Below are positions 60,844 to 64,000 of a DNA stretch of 64,000 bases, piece by piece (position 1 is the stretch's first letter; each line of letters begins with the position of its first letter). Location of the stretch: the NCBI RefSeq assembly GCF_001194135.2, contig NC_068987.1, positions 61,864,856 to 61,928,855 on the forward strand. Direction: 5' to 3'. The DNA is from Octopus bimaculoides (Eukaryota). Made by a program: the position numbers and the translations under genes. Under the pieces are notes generated by a model, which ran no database searches, had not been told where the DNA came from, and saw nothing but the letters and a program-made list of their open reading frames with translations.

Positions 60844-63090
60844 AGAGACATGGCAGACTGGTAAGGAAATCTGTGAGGTTCCTCCTGCACTCCAGTCCAC
60901 TGGTTCCGCCCTCCCTCCTCCATGAAAAGCTGAGTGAAATGCTCCTGAAAGACCTTACACATCTCCTTGGGTTCATTTACCAAGTTCTCCTGTTGGTTCG
61001 TCAAAGACTGTATTGTGGCATCATTATCACATTGAGTCTATCACACAGGCCCAGCTGGTCACCTTGATTCCTTCCTGCCCCACTGCACGTTGCTTTGCCC
61101 TGACTATGCACCCCTTGTGTTTAGCTTCGAGGTGTTGTTTGAGAACCAGACTCACTGCCTAAACTTGGGATGCAGAGCCAGACCTCAGTGCCTCTTCTAA
61201 ATCCTTAGCTAAGTCCCTTTCTATTCTATTTTTCCTACCAATTAGCTCTTTACTATATCTAATGGACTTGAACTTTATGGTTCTGTTGAGGGCATACCAC
61301 CATTTGTTGTTTATTATGACATCAGTCAATGCCCTCATCACTAACAACCTAATCGAACTCTTCTACTCCTCATCAGCCAAAAGGGACTTGTTGAGTTTCC
61401 AGTAGCTAGGACCTTGCCTACGTAACTTATCTAAGTTAAACTTACAGGTTACAAGCTTGTGGTCATTGTAGTTGATGTAATGAAACTGTGGACCTCCTAA
61501 CTAAATCTTTATCTATATGTCTAACAAATGACCTGTCTATATAAGACCTAGAAGACCCGTTGCTATTCATCCATGTCCACAATGGAGCATCTGGATGTTC
61601 TAGTCTATACTGATCTGCCAGCTGAAAGTGCTTAAGCAGATTGAGGAGGCACAGGCTTCTCCTTCTATCCATACTCGAGCCAACACAATTTACGTGTGCA
61701 TTGCAGATTGTATTAAAGTCCCCTAATAACACTGAAGGATGTGGCATACCTAGAAATTTCTCTAGGCTTGAATGTCCAGCCCTCGGGGGAGCATAAATAG
61801 CCACCAGCCTGAAAGACTTACCACTGCTGTGTGTCACGTCAAGAATGACCAGCCTGCCCTCCAGATCTAAACCCAGATTTTTCCTGAACAGAACTGCTAC
61901 ACCCCTCCCCCCTCCAGGCTGGCTTGGAAAAATAAATTTCTCATAGCCGTTTAGGAGGGGAGAAAAGCCTTTCAGTCCATTCAGCCAGGTTTCTGTAACT
62001 ACTATCACATCCAATCTATACGACCTGAGGTCATTGAGGAAATGCCCTTGTTTCCAATTCAGCCCCAGACCATGAACATTTGAACACCCTATGTTGAGTG
62101 TAAACATGAAAAAAAATATAGATTTTACTTACCTTGGAATGAGATGGGCTAATGCCCATCTCATTCCATTTACTTTAGGGCTTGTGAGGTGTCTATGACA
62201 AGGCCCTCATAAATTTGAGGAGAAAAATCTTACCTCAGAGGGCCTACATCATATTTGAATTTTTTGTGGGGTGTGCATGAGATACTGGATGGCTGTGGGT
62301 ATATTTTAAAATATTTTGTAGCAGTATCATATTGTTGGCATTAATAGCCATTAAGTTTGTATCAGGGTTGGGACATGGGGTGGGGATTTGGTCTTTGATT
62401 TTTCTTTTTTGGTGTACTGGGGCTTGTGGGGATGGGATGGGGATTTTTTCTTTTCTCCCATTACAACAGTCCAATTAGTAACATCTTCAATTGTATCCTC
62501 CTCCGCCAGGGATATCCTTGGTGTTGGTGTTGTTTGTGATCTTAGTGTTAATGCCTCTGACGCCATTGATATTGCAGGTGTTTCCATTGTTGTTGGTATT
62601 CCTGGTGTTGTTGGTTTAGTTGCTTTTCCGACTGTTGCAGCCTTTTTGTTTCCCATTGCTTTCGCGGCAGTTGTGGGTATTGCTGCTTTCTCAGGGGGAG
62701 GAACATACTCGGCCGTGATGTGATCTTTTTGGCCACACTTGTAGCAACGTAGCTTCCTCCCCTCGACATTCACCTGCAGCTTACTTTCCTCCACCTGTAT
62801 GGTTTCCACAATTTCTTCTAGGTCGACAGAGGCTACTTGGACTATCATTTCTAGGCCTTGTCCCTGCCAATTCTGCTGTTCTAGTACAGTAGCTTGGAAG
62901 ATGGTGATTTTTTTCCTCCAAGCCTACCGTTATTGCTGCTACAAGCCAGGCAGCATCCCACCCTTATCCTGGAGGTATGCTTCCCAGAAAAGTGGGCAGA
63001 GGTACCACCTCAGATGTTTTAAGTGTCTCTGTGGAGTGCAGCCTGGTATTTTAGTACTGTGAATATTCCATTGTGCTATGTTTAATAGGT
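60844..63090 (-). mobile_element. L1/Tx1-clade LINE relic: ORF1 (zinc knuckle) plus APE endonuclease and linker; RT domain absent
   Basis: ORF1 CYKCGQKDHITAE; ORF2 NVHGL, ETWL, GVAVLF, AIYAP, LLGDFN, SYIDR, DHKLV, YWKLNKSLL; frameshifts present; 5' boundary approximate. Confidence 0.9.
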
Positions 63091-63527
63091 TAATATACTT
63101 GTCCCTTCATTCCATGTTTTCCATTCTTTCATTTGCATACGTAAGAATGAATTTTTATATAAACCTATATCCATCCCTCTGTTATAACTAGAAATTGTCG
63201 GAATGTGATTTTGTAATGAGAATTCCTTTCCTAATGAAGGGGACATTGTCAAATTCTGGAAATGGCCACAGAAAGTAATTTTACTCTGATTGTATTATAT
63301 ACTATTTATATTTTTTAAAAACTGATTGAATTTTATGGACTTATTACTTGGAATTTTTAGACACTCTTTACCGCTCTTAATTTTAGTACTGAAAAACATA
63401 TTTTACTAGTTCTCTTTCCTTCACATTTTTTTCCATATCACATTTTTTTACATATATTCTTATATGTATTTATATATATTTATATTTTTAAAATATTCAT
63501 ATATATTTTGTATGTCGATATGTATTA

Positions 63528-63559
<32 letters not shown>

Positions 63560-63711
63560 ATTTTAAACTGAATTTATAACTATGTATGTGTATATAAAAA
63601 ATGTTGATTGCTTAATTTGAGTTTTTATTAGAATTCTTATCTTTTGTCTCTGATTCGACCCACGCACTTTTTAAGCAGTCCTATATATTTCATAAGGAAG
63701 GATAATGATAT

Positions 63712-64000
63712 TCATCATCATCATCATCGTTTAACGTCCGCTTTCCATGCTAGCATGGGTTGGACGATTTGACTGAGGACTGGTGAAACCGGATGGCAAC
63801 ACCAGGCTTCAATCTAATTTGGCAGAGTTTCTACAGCTGGATGCCCTTCCTAACGCCAACCACTCAGAGAGTGTAGTGGGTGCTTTTACGTGTCACCCGC
63901 ACGAAGGCCAGTCAGGCGGTACTGGCAACGACCACGCTCGAAATGGTGTATTTTATGTGCCACCCGCACAGGAGCCAGTCTAGGGGCACTGGCAACGATC
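63712..64000 (-). mobile_element. Young RTE 3' tail, runs off the window
   Basis: (ATC)n tail plus conserved body and tandem units. Confidence 0.88.

Overview
AT-rich eukaryotic genomic DNA with many microsatellites and about 12 N-gaps. The SINE and RTE-LINE repertoire suggests a coleoid cephalopod, probably Octopus (inference). The window lies inside one large + strand gene, an ABCA1/ABCA4/ABCA7-type full ABC-A transporter. I traced 12 coding exons (10646-55646, 1894 nt) that splice into one open frame and encode most of extracellular domain 1, from (C)[11 protein letters not shown] to [12 protein letters not shown]. The first coding exons and everything from TM2 onward are not visible, so they lie outside the window or in gaps. 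One intron needs a GC donor. The top observation is that both cysteines of a disulfide conserved in vertebrate ABCA1/4 are encoded here as TAT (Tyr). A-to-I editing would turn each back into Cys, which is relevant in a lineage known for heavy mRNA recoding. The introns hold tRNA-derived SINEs, RTE tails, a 926-bp foldback element with a telomere-repeat core and 8-bp TSD, Helitron, mariner, R4/Dong-like and L1/Tx1 relics, piggyBac-like MITEs and a solo LTR. Vertebrate comparisons are from memory and need an alignment. SINE and LINE boundaries are approximate.
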